A stretch of 64,000 nt of DNA from Candidatus Bathyarchaeota archaeon (GTDB lineage: Archaea; Thermoproteota; Bathyarchaeia; Bathyarchaeales; Bathycorpusculaceae). The notes beneath the pieces are model-generated. The model was not told where the DNA came from. It did no database searches and saw only the letters and a program-made list of their open reading frames with translations. Of the stretch, positions 39,586 through 48,791 are shown in pieces. The position numbers and the translations under genes were made by a program. The stretch spans positions 288,001 through 352,000 of the forward strand of contig CAWFFH010000003.1 of assembly GCA_963815095.1 (NCBI GenBank), in the 5' to 3' direction. The stretch's first letter is position 1, and each line of letters opens with the position of its first letter.

Positions 39586-39747
39586 ATGGCAAAATGTCCC
39601 AAATGTGGTAAGGAAGTAGCTCCTAAAAAATCTTGGAAGATGGCAGGCAGGCCTGACAAAGCAGGAAAAAGAACGGAACTTACAATCGGCTTATGCGAGT
39701 GCTGTGGCAAAACCTTCAGGACAACTCTCAGCAAACAGAAGATCTGA
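39586..39747 (+). CDS. Cren7-like chromatin protein (zinc-ribbon variant)
   Basis: MAKCPKCGKEVAPKKSWKMAG...LTIGLCECCGKTFR matches the Cren7 P.K.W...IGL....GK.FR pattern; GGAGG SD. Confidence 0.75.
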   Translation: MAKCPKCGKEVAPKKSWKMAGRPDKAGKRTELTIGLCECCGKTFRTTLSKQKI

Positions 39748-39980
39748 TTTGTTAGTAAATTATAAATTATTTTTTTCTTTAGATTTGGGTGTCCGTTCTT
39801 CTTTAAAAACGGCTGAATAGAAAGCAACAAAAATGAACTTATTACATGTAAACATAATTTTTTGGCTTACGTCCAGCTCTTTTGCCTTACTTTGATATTG
39901 GCTAAAAAAGGTTGATTTCTAGTTATTTAAATGGAAAATATTTATTAAATATTGTTTTTAGAGACGTTAATTGTAGACTA

Positions 39981-40220
39981 ATGGATCAAGATCACAGTTT
40001 GGGAAAGGGTTTACCGACAGTTTTGTGTGAATGTGTCGAAGAGATACTTGTTGTTCCTGATCTAGATGAAATGGCTCGGTGTATTGAGACACACGCAATA
40101 TTTCATGAGAAAAAAGAAGCTGATCCTGAGAAAGCAGAAGCTGAACATTGTAGAATAGAAGATCAATTAACTCGAAAAGTTGTCATAAAAATTGCAGATA
40201 TGGCAAATAAGAGGGCCTAA
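39981..40220 (+). CDS. Small CxC...HxxxH protein (paralog 2)
   Basis: LPTVLCECVEEILVVPDLDEM..IETHAIFH. Confidence 0.65.
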   Translation: MDQDHSLGKGLPTVLCECVEEILVVPDLDEMARCIETHAIFHEKKEADPEKAEAEHCRIEDQLTRKVVIKIADMANKRA

Positions 40221-40295
40221 CTTTTCTGTGTCAAAAATCTTTGGTAAGATTTATATTTTTCTTACAGTAAATTTATGAGATAAGAGTCAATTCAA

Positions 40296-40565
40296 ATGCC
40301 AACTAGCCTGCTAATGCAATACATAAAAATCACCAAATTGCTAATGGAATATGGCCCTCAGACAATAAGTCAAATAAGTTCTTTTTTTAGAGATCTAAGT
40401 TCAGTTGATTTAGAGCGCGCTCTCGATTTCCTAACCGAAAGCAAAATCATTACTCGAGAATCAACAAATGTAAATCTGAGTTATGCAATAACTGAGAATG
40501 GAATTGGAGTTTTGACATTCTTTAAAGTTAAGCCTTCAAGACAGACCATTAAACTGAAGCGTTAA
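40296..40565 (+). CDS. Small winged-helix protein
   Basis: GPQTISQI..LERALDFLTESKII...YAITENG. Confidence 0.75.
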   Translation: MPTSLLMQYIKITKLLMEYGPQTISQISSFFRDLSSVDLERALDFLTESKIITRESTNVNLSYAITENGIGVLTFFKVKPSRQTIKLKR

Positions 40566-40943
40566 ATTTCGTTTTTAGGATTCATTAGACTGATATAATT
40601 TTTTCAATAAAGCAGGTAGACATTAGAATACAGAAAATTCAAGGTATTTAGTGTTGGCTGGATTGAGGATGCGAGTGTTTTCCTGGAACGAAATAAGTGA
40701 GACTTGTCACAACCAATAACCCGTTTCTTAGTAAGCCAAGTTAGCAAAAAATTGTTAAGAAGCAAAAATAACTAATTTTGTCAACTTGACTTTGCAAGAT
40801 GCGAAGCTGTCCACACAAAACAAGCGAAGTCAAGATTATAAAAAGGATTATCTTGAGATATGCGAGTCCTAAGAGCACGGCATGGGTGATAAATAATAAA
40901 TAAAAAGCCACAAAAAAACAATACTAATTTAGAATTTGATAGT

Positions 40944-41144
40944 TTGGAAATTAATAAAAAAATGCCAGTTTTTAGTTGCTCATGTGGAGATAAAATTTTA
41001 ATCGTTCCAGATGTAACTGAAATGAATAAAGCAATAAAAAATCACATAGTTGTGCATAGAAAATTAAGTGGACAGATATTAAATGTAGATAATCTCACGC
41101 AGCAAATCTTGAAATTCATTATAGAAATCATAAATGAGACTTAA
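40944..41144 (+). CDS. Small CxC...HxxxH protein (paralog 3)
   Basis: MPVFSCSCGDKILIVPDVTEM..IKNHIVVH. Confidence 0.7.
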   Translation: MEINKKMPVFSCSCGDKILIVPDVTEMNKAIKNHIVVHRKLSGQILNVDNLTQQILKFIIEIINET

Positions 41145-41233
41145 TGGGATCCAACAAAAATTTCATGTGTGTATCAATAAACAACACTCGCTAATCAAAG
41201 GACGAGTTGCTCTTTGTTTGCTTATATATTACC

Positions 41234-41485
41234 CTTTTTGGGAAGCTTTATTTCCTCGGCTACACTATATAGTAAGATTCAATATAATATAGAGGTGTAT
41301 CAATAGAAATGTTGTCACGAGACTGTGATGGCTGCTCCAGAATGACGTTTGAATGCAAACAACGCTTCGAAAAAGTAAACATCGGCGAAAAAGTATTCTG
41401 CCCCGACGGAACAGCACACCTAGTAGATACATAAAAACAATATACCTAATTTCAAATATTCCCCAATTTCTATTCCATTTTTACT
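41234..41485 (+). repeat. ~250-bp direct repeat, copy 1 (copy 2 at 44705-44957)
   Basis: Near-identical sequence about 3.47 kb apart, spanning upstream region, SD, ORF and 3' region. Confidence 0.92.
41309..41434 (+). CDS. 41-aa Cys/His microprotein MLSRDCDGC...FCPDGTAHLVDT (copy A)
   Basis: GAGGTG SD; hand translation; three paralogs in the window. Confidence 0.75.
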   Translation: MLSRDCDGCSRMTFECKQRFEKVNIGEKVFCPDGTAHLVDT

Positions 41486-41678
41486 TGTTGAACAGTCTAT
41501 CTTGTATTGTATTTTTACGCGGAGCTTGTATCATAGGAAATCTATTTCCCTAAATCCATTAATTGGGGTTCCTTGCATGAGTTACAAAGACTTGAAAAAC
41601 AGCTCTCTGATTATTCATGTTAGCATCAACAATAAAAGGAAATGTGGCTGTCTTCGGCAATTGTAATTTCCAAAGAAT

Positions 41679-41804
41679 TTAGCAGTCAACTAGGTGCGAT
41701 GTACCATCCGGACAATAAACTTTCTCGCCAATAATAACTTGTTTATAACGAATTTTGCACTTAGAGGCCCTTTCACATCCGTCACAATCTCGTGATAAAA
41801 CCAT
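41679..41804 (-). CDS. 41-aa Cys/His microprotein MVLSRDCDGC...YCPDGTSHLVDC (copy B)
   Basis: GAGGTG SD; DNA diverged but protein motif conserved. Confidence 0.75.
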   Translation of the reverse strand: MVLSRDCDGCERASKCKIRYKQVIIGEKVYCPDGTSHLVDC

Positions 41805-41974
41805 TAAGACACCTCACTATAGATACTTAGTTAAGACTATTAACATTATAAAAGTAATTCGGGAAGACAATTTGTAGCTGTCAGTAGGAAATCAATGTTG
41901 ACTGAAAATGGTATTTGAAATTCATAAGAGCTAATAATTACTCCACGTAAGTTGCTTGCTAAAGGCCGCAAATC

Positions 41975-42094
41975 ATGAACACAGAAGAAAACAATCGAGA
42001 TACAAATGACGAAGCATTAGAACCGGACTGGGTCAACCACTGGCACGAAGACAATGACAAAAAGGAACCCAACACAAAACAGACGACATTTTGA
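41975..42094 (+). CDS. Possible 39-aa acidic microprotein (EPDWVNHWHED)
   Basis: Hand translation; weak SD. Confidence 0.35.
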   Translation: MNTEENNRDTNDEALEPDWVNHWHEDNDKKEPNTKQTTF

Positions 42095-42593
42095 AAATTC
42101 CCATTTCGCTTCAAACATACTTCTTTTGACGATTGAAGCAAAGTAAAGAGGAAATAGGCAAATACTTTCTTTTAGATTTTTTATTCGCGGATAGCTTAGT
42201 GGCTCAACTAATTTATGCAAGCGACTTTATGTTTTCTCTCAAGATTTTTGAGTCTTTCTTGGAGCTTTCTATCTCGTTCCTTTTTCTCAAGATTAATCAA
42301 TGGGCTTAGCGCAAGGACAGTAAGGCTGCGCTCTATTTTTTTGAACAAGTTCACGAATCTTCACCTTGTCTATTAATCATATCTTACGATGCCATATTAA
42401 TAAACCAAGTTCCAAAAACCGACATATAACGGAAATATCAACATAAACTTGAAAAAATCATGAAGGATCAAGAAATTGTGAACTTGAAACCTTAATTAAT
42501 GTAAACGCATAACTTGAAAAAAACTTTTTGAAACAATTAATTACCGCCCTGATTGGCAAATCTTATTAGCCCTCGTTCCCATAAACATATCAA

Positions 42594-42959
42594 GTGATTT
42601 CTATGGATTTTGTAGGACTTATAATCAGCATAATAGTAAGCATAATCTTTGTCGCACCCATTCTCTGGCTTGTCGGAAGAGCACTCGTAGGCAAACAAAA
42701 AGCAAAGTTCACCGACGCAATCTGGATTGTCGTTCTTGGTGTCGTCATTGGAGCTGTCGTTGGAGCCCTTATAGGTGGCTTAATCGCGTCGATAATAATG
42801 TTCATTGTCTGGCTTGCATTGATCAAGCACTTCTTTGACTGTGGCTGGCTGATGGCGTTTGCAATAGCCGTAGTGGCAGTGATTGTCTTTATAGTGATAA
42901 TCTTCATATTGGCATTGATAGGCATCGCTGTAATCGGTCTAGGGGTTCCATTCTTATAG
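42594..42959 (+). CDS. 4-TM hypothetical membrane protein (paralog of 19333-19737)
   Basis: Hydrophobic; shared KA(K/T)F.DA and F..GW motifs. Confidence 0.75.
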   Translation: MISMDFVGLIISIIVSIIFVAPILWLVGRALVGKQKAKFTDAIWIVVLGVVIGAVVGALIGGLIASIIMFIVWLALIKHFFDCGWLMAFAIAVVAVIVFIVIIFILALIGIAVIGLGVPFL

Positions 42960-43138
42960 AAAAAACAATCAACCCTTCTTTTTTTGTTAACTTAATTTAA
43001 AGCTCGCGTTCTCGACTTTCTAAGGAGCTTGTTGCTCTGAGATCGTGATTCATTCTTGTGTTTCCACTGCCCTTGCTGGCTTCGTCAAAAAGAGATATTT
43101 TCCAATTCTTTATGCCCTCAAATTATCTGAGAGCTACT

Positions 43139-43516
43139 TCAATTGCCAGAAAGGGGTTCCGTTTTAAGAACATTTTCAGGTTCAATAAAACTTAAGGTCA
43201 TGGGATCAATGCAGGCAATTTCGCCCACAACTTTAGGGGAAATATTTTTTGTTTCATTTTCTTCAAGCATCATACCCCATGCTTTAGTATGAACATCATA
43301 GTAAATCGATAAAGTGTAGCCAATTTCACCTTCTGTACTTAGCCAGAACTTTACTTCGTTCATTTTGATTTCGCTTAGTTCTTTAGTGAAATTAATCGCT
43401 TCTTGGATTTCAAAAGACATTTCTTTTAATTCTTTAATAATTAATTGTCTATAGTTTTCTGAAGGAGAATCTTTAGACCAAACTACCTGGCACTTTTCTA
43501 TTTGAAATGGACACAT
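43139..43516 (-). CDS. Hypothetical protein
   Basis: 125-aa ORF whose 5' end and promoter are duplicated at 36286-36395. Confidence 0.6.
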   Translation of the reverse strand: MCPFQIEKCQVVWSKDSPSENYRQLIIKELKEMSFEIQEAINFTKELSEIKMNEVKFWLSTEGEIGYTLSIYYDVHTKAWGMMLEENETKNISPKVVGEIACIDPMTLSFIEPENVLKTEPLSGN

Positions 43517-43633
43517 TTATAATCATATACCTTTTGTAATCTGCCGATATAAGCTTCATGCAATCAAAAATAATTTAGGTAAAAATTACTGCATGGAACA
43601 GGAATCCATTTCCAACAACGCTAAGTTCCCTGT

Positions 43634-43873
43634 TTACTTAATAGACAATTCATCCAAGAGAGAAAACCCAGTCAAGTGAATGTAACTTTTACACATGTTG
43701 CAGCTAATAACCAGTTCTTCCAAACCGTGACTATTGACTTTTGGTTCTATAATGCAGTAAGTTTTTTCTGTAGTTTCATTTGGTGAAATATTACTTCTGC
43801 ATCTTGGACATGGGAAGTCGCCGTTTCCTTCGATTTTTGTCAAATCCAGTTTGTATGCTTGGGATTGTTCCAT
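43634..43873 (-). CDS. Small zinc-ribbon protein
   Basis: GDFPCPRC...ISCNMCKSYIHLTGF. Confidence 0.75.
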   Translation of the reverse strand: MEQSQAYKLDLTKIEGNGDFPCPRCRSNISPNETTEKTYCIIEPKVNSHGLEELVISCNMCKSYIHLTGFSLLDELSIK

Positions 43874-44043
43874 TTGTTTTACCCTTATTTATCGTTCAGT
43901 GTTTCAATTTATAAAATTAAGTTGTAACAGCATGAAACAACATTCACGGATATTCCCGTTAACCAAAGCTTTTGTTCTAAAGATGATGGCAACGTTGAAA
44001 TGACGTGTGCTTGCGAATCATTAATTTTGGCGCCATTAAGGTA

Positions 44044-44214
44044 CTACTCGAATTTTCCACCACACATAGGGCATTCTTGCTTGTGTTTATTTTGTAATTT
44101 TGAGAGTTGAGTTGTGCAATAGAAGCAGAAGTAGATTTTGCATTTTGTGCAGCAATAGAATCCGCCGCCTATCATTTTTCCGCAAGAGTCACAAGGTCTA
44201 GATAAATCAAGCAT
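44044..44214 (-). CDS. 56-aa C4C4 RING-like zinc finger (not in ORF track)
   Basis: CDSC-x10-CTKC-x4-CFYC-x14-CPMC; GAGG upstream. Confidence 0.7.
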   Translation of the reverse strand: MLDLSRPCDSCGKMIGGGFYCCTKCKIYFCFYCTTQLSKLQNKHKQECPMCGGKFE

Positions 44215-44252
44215 AAACTTGGCCTCTGAAAACTTTGTAAATTATAGGTTTT

Positions 44253-44477
44253 TTATTCTTTTGTTTTGTATGGGGTGTATATAATCAAGAAATTTTTGAT
44301 TTCTTCTATGGAAAATCTGTTTTTGAGAAAGTTTCCGATTTCATGAAAGTTGTAGGTTCCCTTTATTTTTAGTTGATAATTTTCTGTTTTTCTTTGTTCA
44401 AGAATAACTAAACTTGGGCAGACAAGTTGGTTTGCGCCTAATTCGCGCAATAGAGTTATTGCCTCTTTCCTATCCAT
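44253..44477 (-). CDS. Hypothetical protein (paralog of 39108-39365)
   Basis: MDRKEAITLLREL; GAGGG SD. Confidence 0.65.
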   Translation of the reverse strand: MDRKEAITLLRELGANQLVCPSLVILEQRKTENYQLKIKGTYNFHEIGNFLKNRFSIEEIKNFLIIYTPYKTKE

Positions 44478-44704
44478 AATTCCCCTCTCAAACCCCAATG
44501 AACGTAAAAACCTAATAACTCTTTTTTTACAGTTTAGCAGCAAGCTAAACAGCCCCGTTGTTTTGAAGTGTTGGTTAAAGAGGAGTTATTACGGCAAAAT
44601 TAAGAAGCTATCTCGAAAAATTAGCGACGTGCCTTTTGGCAATTTTGGCATTCAATTTTGCTCTAATGCAAGGACCGGTGCTTTTTCTTTGCCTATGAGT
44701 TTAG

Positions 44705-44957
44705 CTTTTTGAGAAACCCTTATTTCCTCGTCTACAGTATATAGTAAGATTCAATATAATATAGAGGTGTATCGATAGAAATGTTGTCACGAGATTGTGA
44801 TGGCTGCTCCAGAATGATGTTTGAATGCAAACAACGCTTCGAAAAAGTAAACATCGGCGAAAAAGTATTCTGCCCCGACGGAACAGCACACCTAGTAGAT
44901 ACATAAAAACAATTTACCTAATTTCAAATATTCCCCAATTTCTATTCTATTTTTACT
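44705..44957 (+). repeat. ~250-bp direct repeat, copy 2
   Basis: Matches 41234-41485 with few substitutions. Confidence 0.92.
44781..44906 (+). CDS. 41-aa Cys/His microprotein (copy C; T13M relative to copy A)
   Basis: GAGGTG SD; MLSRDCDGCSRMMFECKQRFEKVNIGEKVFCPDGTAHLVDT. Confidence 0.75.
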   Translation: MLSRDCDGCSRMMFECKQRFEKVNIGEKVFCPDGTAHLVDT

Positions 44958-45149
44958 AATACAAATCCAGAAATTTCTCCCTGCACCTTTTTTCAACCAA
45001 CTCTATGAGTTCAACGTAGAAATTCCAAACGGAATCAAGCCAATCAACAACATCACGATGGGCAGGTAACGGCGGCAAGGAATGCCTAAATTACTTACCG
45101 GTCTTTTCAATGTGAAAGACATTAAACAGCGCTAACAGTAAATTTCCTG

Positions 45150-45660
45150 CCCTGAACAACTGGGCTTTTTCAACAACACAGAAACAGAAAACCCAACATA
45201 CCCACACTACACCCACAATGCCCAACATACAATCCAACATAGCAGTGTAAACAACCCAACCCTCCAAACTGCGCTTAAAGTTACTGTGCTTTTTTATGTC
45301 AAAACTCTCCCAGACACGACAAAACACCTCCAAAACAGGGCAAAACACGCCAAAAAACAACAAAATAGGGAACCGAAAAAACCCCAAAAACAACCGCTTT
45401 GCCAAAAAACACCTCAAACCAGCGATATCACCCACACCTAAACCCCATTTACAACATACATATCCATCATTAATTGGAACATTCCGCCATTTTTTACCAA
45501 ACAAAACATAAAACTTCACATGTCAAACACAACTTTTTGTCACACACAAAAACCCAAAAACCGCCCACCCCAATCCCAACGCAAACAAAAAAACAACCTA
45601 AACCAAAAAACCAAACCCCAAAAGTGTAATGGACAATTATAAAGCCCCACACCAACACAA
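45150..45660. other. Strand-skewed A/C-rich low-complexity intergenic tract
   Basis: Runs such as CAAAAACCCAAAAACC and AAACCAAAAAACCAAACCCC; few G or T on the plus strand. Confidence 0.7.
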
Positions 45661-45732
45661 AGAGAACTAAAGTTAATTTGCGATTGTTTTTTAAGAAGGC
45701 AGATAGGTAGATTGGATTTAAGGCGAATCAAT

Positions 45733-47040
45733 GTGGGCTTAAGAAACTTCATTGAAGAACTCCAAAAGAAAGGGGAATTAACAAAGATTACAAAGCCTGT
45801 CTCAACCGAATACGAGATGGCAGGCATAATTGCGGCTTTAGGAGAAAAACCAGTTTATTTTGAGAATGTTAAAGAATCCAGCATCCCCGTCGTGGCTGGA
45901 CTGGTTTCCTCGAAAGAGTTGATTTGCCGCTCAATGGGCATAACCAAAGAGCAACTTCTACCCAAACTCCTCTCAGCCATCGAAAAGCCTATCGCATCAC
46001 AAATGGTTGAAAAGGCACCATGTCAGGAAGTTGTCGAGAAAAACGTTGATTTAACCAAGCTTCCAATCATGCATTACACCGACAAAGACGGCGGAAAATA
46101 CATCGCCTCAGCAGTCTCCATCGTAAAGGACCCACAACTGGGCAGAAACATGTGTTTCCACCGATTAATGCTCAAAGACAAAAACCACTTTGTCGCTCGA
46201 ATCGTCGAGAACCGAGGAACAGACACAGCGCTCAAGAAAGCGGGTGGCGAGCTCGACATAGCGTTCTGTGTTAGCAACTCCACTGCGGTACTGCTTTCGG
46301 CGGCAACTACCTTGCCAATGGGTGTGGACGAATTGGGAATGGCGAACGCATTAGAAAAAACCGATTTAGTCAAATGCAAAACGGTGGACCTTGAAGTTCC
46401 CGCTGACAGCGAATTCATCTTAGAAGGACGCATCACCAAAGAAAAAGCCACTGAAGGACCCTTCCTTGACTTAACAGGAATCGTTGACCGCGAACGCCAA
46501 CAACCCGTCGTAGAAATCAAATGCATCACCCACAGACAAAACCCCATTTACCAAACCATCCTCGCCGGCAAAAACGAGCACAAATTCCTAATGGGCATGC
46601 CCAAAGAACCCACCATCTACAGCGAAGTCGGCAAGGTTTGCCAAGTTAAAGACGTCTACATTACACCCGGCGGATGCAGCTGGCTTCACGCAGTTGTACA
46701 AATCAAAAAGCAAAATGCTGACGACGGCAAAAAAGCCATAGCGGCCGCGTTCAAAGGACATGGATCCCTCAAACACTGCGTCGTTGTGGACAATGACATA
46801 AACATCTATGATCCTCAAGATGTTGAATGGGCAATCGCAACAAGACTACAAGCAGACAAGAACGCTGTCATCCTCTCTAACCAGCCGGGCTCATCACTTG
46901 ACCCCTCAGGCGACCTCTCAGAGGGCAAAAAAGCAACAACAGCCAAAGCAGGCTTAGACGCAACCGCACCCCTCATATCCACAGGGAAGGGCTTTAAGAA
47001 AGTAGACTACATCAAAGTTGACCTAAACAAATACATGTGA
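45733..47040 (+). CDS. UbiD family decarboxylase, probable anhydromevalonate phosphate decarboxylase
   Basis: DGGKYI, EGPFLD, VVVDNDINIYDPQDVEWAIATR, SSLDPS; adjacent to AcnX and IPK. Confidence 0.9.
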   Translation: MGLRNFIEELQKKGELTKITKPVSTEYEMAGIIAALGEKPVYFENVKESSIPVVAGLVSSKELICRSMGITKEQLLPKLLSAIEKPIASQMVEKAPCQEVVEKNVDLTKLPIMHYTDKDGGKYIASAVSIVKDPQLGRNMCFHRLMLKDKNHFVARIVENRGTDTALKKAGGELDIAFCVSNSTAVLLSAATTLPMGVDELGMANALEKTDLVKCKTVDLEVPADSEFILEGRITKEKATEGPFLDLTGIVDRERQQPVVEIKCITHRQNPIYQTILAGKNEHKFLMGMPKEPTIYSEVGKVCQVKDVYITPGGCSWLHAVVQIKKQNADDGKKAIAAAFKGHGSLKHCVVVDNDINIYDPQDVEWAIATRLQADKNAVILSNQPGSSLDPSGDLSEGKKATTAKAGLDATAPLISTGKGFKKVDYIKVDLNKYM

Positions 47041-47045
47041 TTAGC

Positions 47046-48245
47046 ATGGAACTGAATAAACAAGAACAAGCAATGCTCGACGGCAAAGAAGGCTACGCCG
47101 TACGCAAAAGCATGGAAATCCTCGTCGCACTCGGCGAGATTTTCGGAGCAAAAGACCTAATCAAAGTTGGCAGCGTCCAAGTCGCAGGTGTATCTTATCA
47201 CAACCTTGGCGATGCTGGATTGGAATTCCTAAATGAACTCGCCGTTGATGGCAGAGTCAAAGTCCTAACAACCCTAAACCCGGCAGGCATGGACCTGGAA
47301 AACTGGCAACAACTCGGCATAAGCCCCGAATTCGCCGAAAAACAAAACCTCGTAATCGACGCCTTCAGACGCATGGGCATCCTAATCAGTTGCACCTGCA
47401 CACCCTACCTCATCGGCAACCTTCCGCTCTACGGCGAACACCTAGCATGGTCAGAAAGCAGCGCCGTCACATTCGCCAACTCAGTTTTAGGAGCAAGAAC
47501 GAACCGTGAAGGCGGTCCATCCGCACTCGCAGCCGCATTTGTGGGTAAAACGCCCAATTATGGTTTGCATCTGGATGAGAACCGAGTGCCCGACGTCCAC
47601 GTTCAAGTTAACGCAGAATTAACAAAACTCTCCGACTGGGGAGCCTTAGGTTACGCAATTGGCAAGAAGGCAGAAAACAAAATCCCATACATCACCGGCA
47701 TCAAAGCCGCGGAACTCGACGAACTCAAATCCTTCTGCGCATCCGTTGTAACTTATGGCGCGAAACCACTCTTCTACATGAAGGGTGTCACACCAGGAGC
47801 AGAATCACAGAAGCAACCCAAAGAGACAATCTCAATCGAGCTGAGCGATATCAAAAACGCTTACGAAAACATCAACGATGACGTATCCGAAATTGAACTT
47901 GTCTGCGTGGGTTGCCCACACTGTTCGATTAAAGAAATCTCCGAAATCGCCGAGTTAGTCAAGGACAAAAAAGTCGCGGAGGGCACGGAGTTATGGGTTG
48001 CCACATCCCGAAGCGCCAAACAACTGGCCGACAAACGAGGCTACACGGAAGTCATAGAATCTGCGGGCGGTAAATTTGCATGCGACACCTGCATGGCAGT
48101 AGCGCCACTAAAAGGACGATTCAAATCATTAGCCACAACTTCCGCGAAGGGATGCTTCTATTCAAGGCAGAACCTTATGAAAACCAAGATGGGCAGCATG
48201 AAAGAATGCGTACAAGCAGCGGTGACTGGAAAATGGAACAGCTAA
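47046..48245 (+). CDS. Aconitase X catalytic subunit, probable phosphomevalonate dehydratase large subunit
   Basis: TTLNP, CTCTPY, AWSESSA, GARTNREGG, GCPHCS, DTC. Confidence 0.92.
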   Translation: MELNKQEQAMLDGKEGYAVRKSMEILVALGEIFGAKDLIKVGSVQVAGVSYHNLGDAGLEFLNELAVDGRVKVLTTLNPAGMDLENWQQLGISPEFAEKQNLVIDAFRRMGILISCTCTPYLIGNLPLYGEHLAWSESSAVTFANSVLGARTNREGGPSALAAAFVGKTPNYGLHLDENRVPDVHVQVNAELTKLSDWGALGYAIGKKAENKIPYITGIKAAELDELKSFCASVVTYGAKPLFYMKGVTPGAESQKQPKETISIELSDIKNAYENINDDVSEIELVCVGCPHCSIKEISEIAELVKDKKVAEGTELWVATSRSAKQLADKRGYTEVIESAGGKFACDTCMAVAPLKGRFKSLATTSAKGCFYSRQNLMKTKMGSMKECVQAAVTGKWNS

Positions 48246-48622
48246 AAGGCAGAATAATCTACAAGGGCAAAGCCGAGGGCGAAGCGCTCGTGACCTTGCA
48301 ACCAATTTCGTTCTATGGAGGCGTAGACCCCAACACAGGCGTCGTCACAGAAAAAGCGCATGAACTACAAGGCATAAGCGTCAAAGGCAAAATTCTCGTT
48401 TTTCCCCAAGGTAAAGGTTCCACAGTAGGCAGCTACACACTCTACCGCCTCAAGAAAAACGGCGTCGCCCCAGCAGGCATGATAAACAAAGAATGCGAAA
48501 CCATCATAGCCGTCGGCGCCATCATCAGCGAAATCCCCACCATAGACAAAATCGATATTAGCAAAATCAAAACCGGCAACAAGGTATCTATAGAAAACGA
48601 AACCGTTCGTTTATTGCAATAG
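48233..48622 (+). CDS. Aconitase X swivel subunit (DUF126), phosphomevalonate dehydratase small subunit
   Basis: ISFYGGVDPNTG, GKGSTVGSY; start at MEQLKG. Confidence 0.92.
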   Translation: MEQLKGRIIYKGKAEGEALVTLQPISFYGGVDPNTGVVTEKAHELQGISVKGKILVFPQGKGSTVGSYTLYRLKKNGVAPAGMINKECETIIAVGAIISEIPTIDKIDISKIKTGNKVSIENETVRLLQ

Positions 48623-48791
48623 CGCAAGAGGTTTTTTTCGTTTTCAATTTTTCTCATGCATTTTTGTGCACCCAAAAAACTATGCATCAAAGATTAAAAA
48701 AGGAAAAGACATCAAAATAGAGATGGAAACGCTACGGTACTGTAATGTTAAATTAGAAGTTCCCAATTAGAAATATACGGTTACGATTACA

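Noticed and set aside
41234-44957. Direct repeats as IS ends, att sites or CRISPR repeats
   Set aside because: They are too long, contain a gene, and have no terminal inverted repeats, spacers, transposase, integrase or adjacent tRNA.
45091-45827. ORFs 45091-45519, 45296-45511 and 45540-45827
   Set aside because: They arise from the compositional skew, have implausible composition and contain no motifs.
45733-47040. UbiD as an aromatic-acid decarboxylase
   Set aside because: Its position with both AcnX subunits, IPK and IDI-2 points to the archaeal mevalonate pathway.
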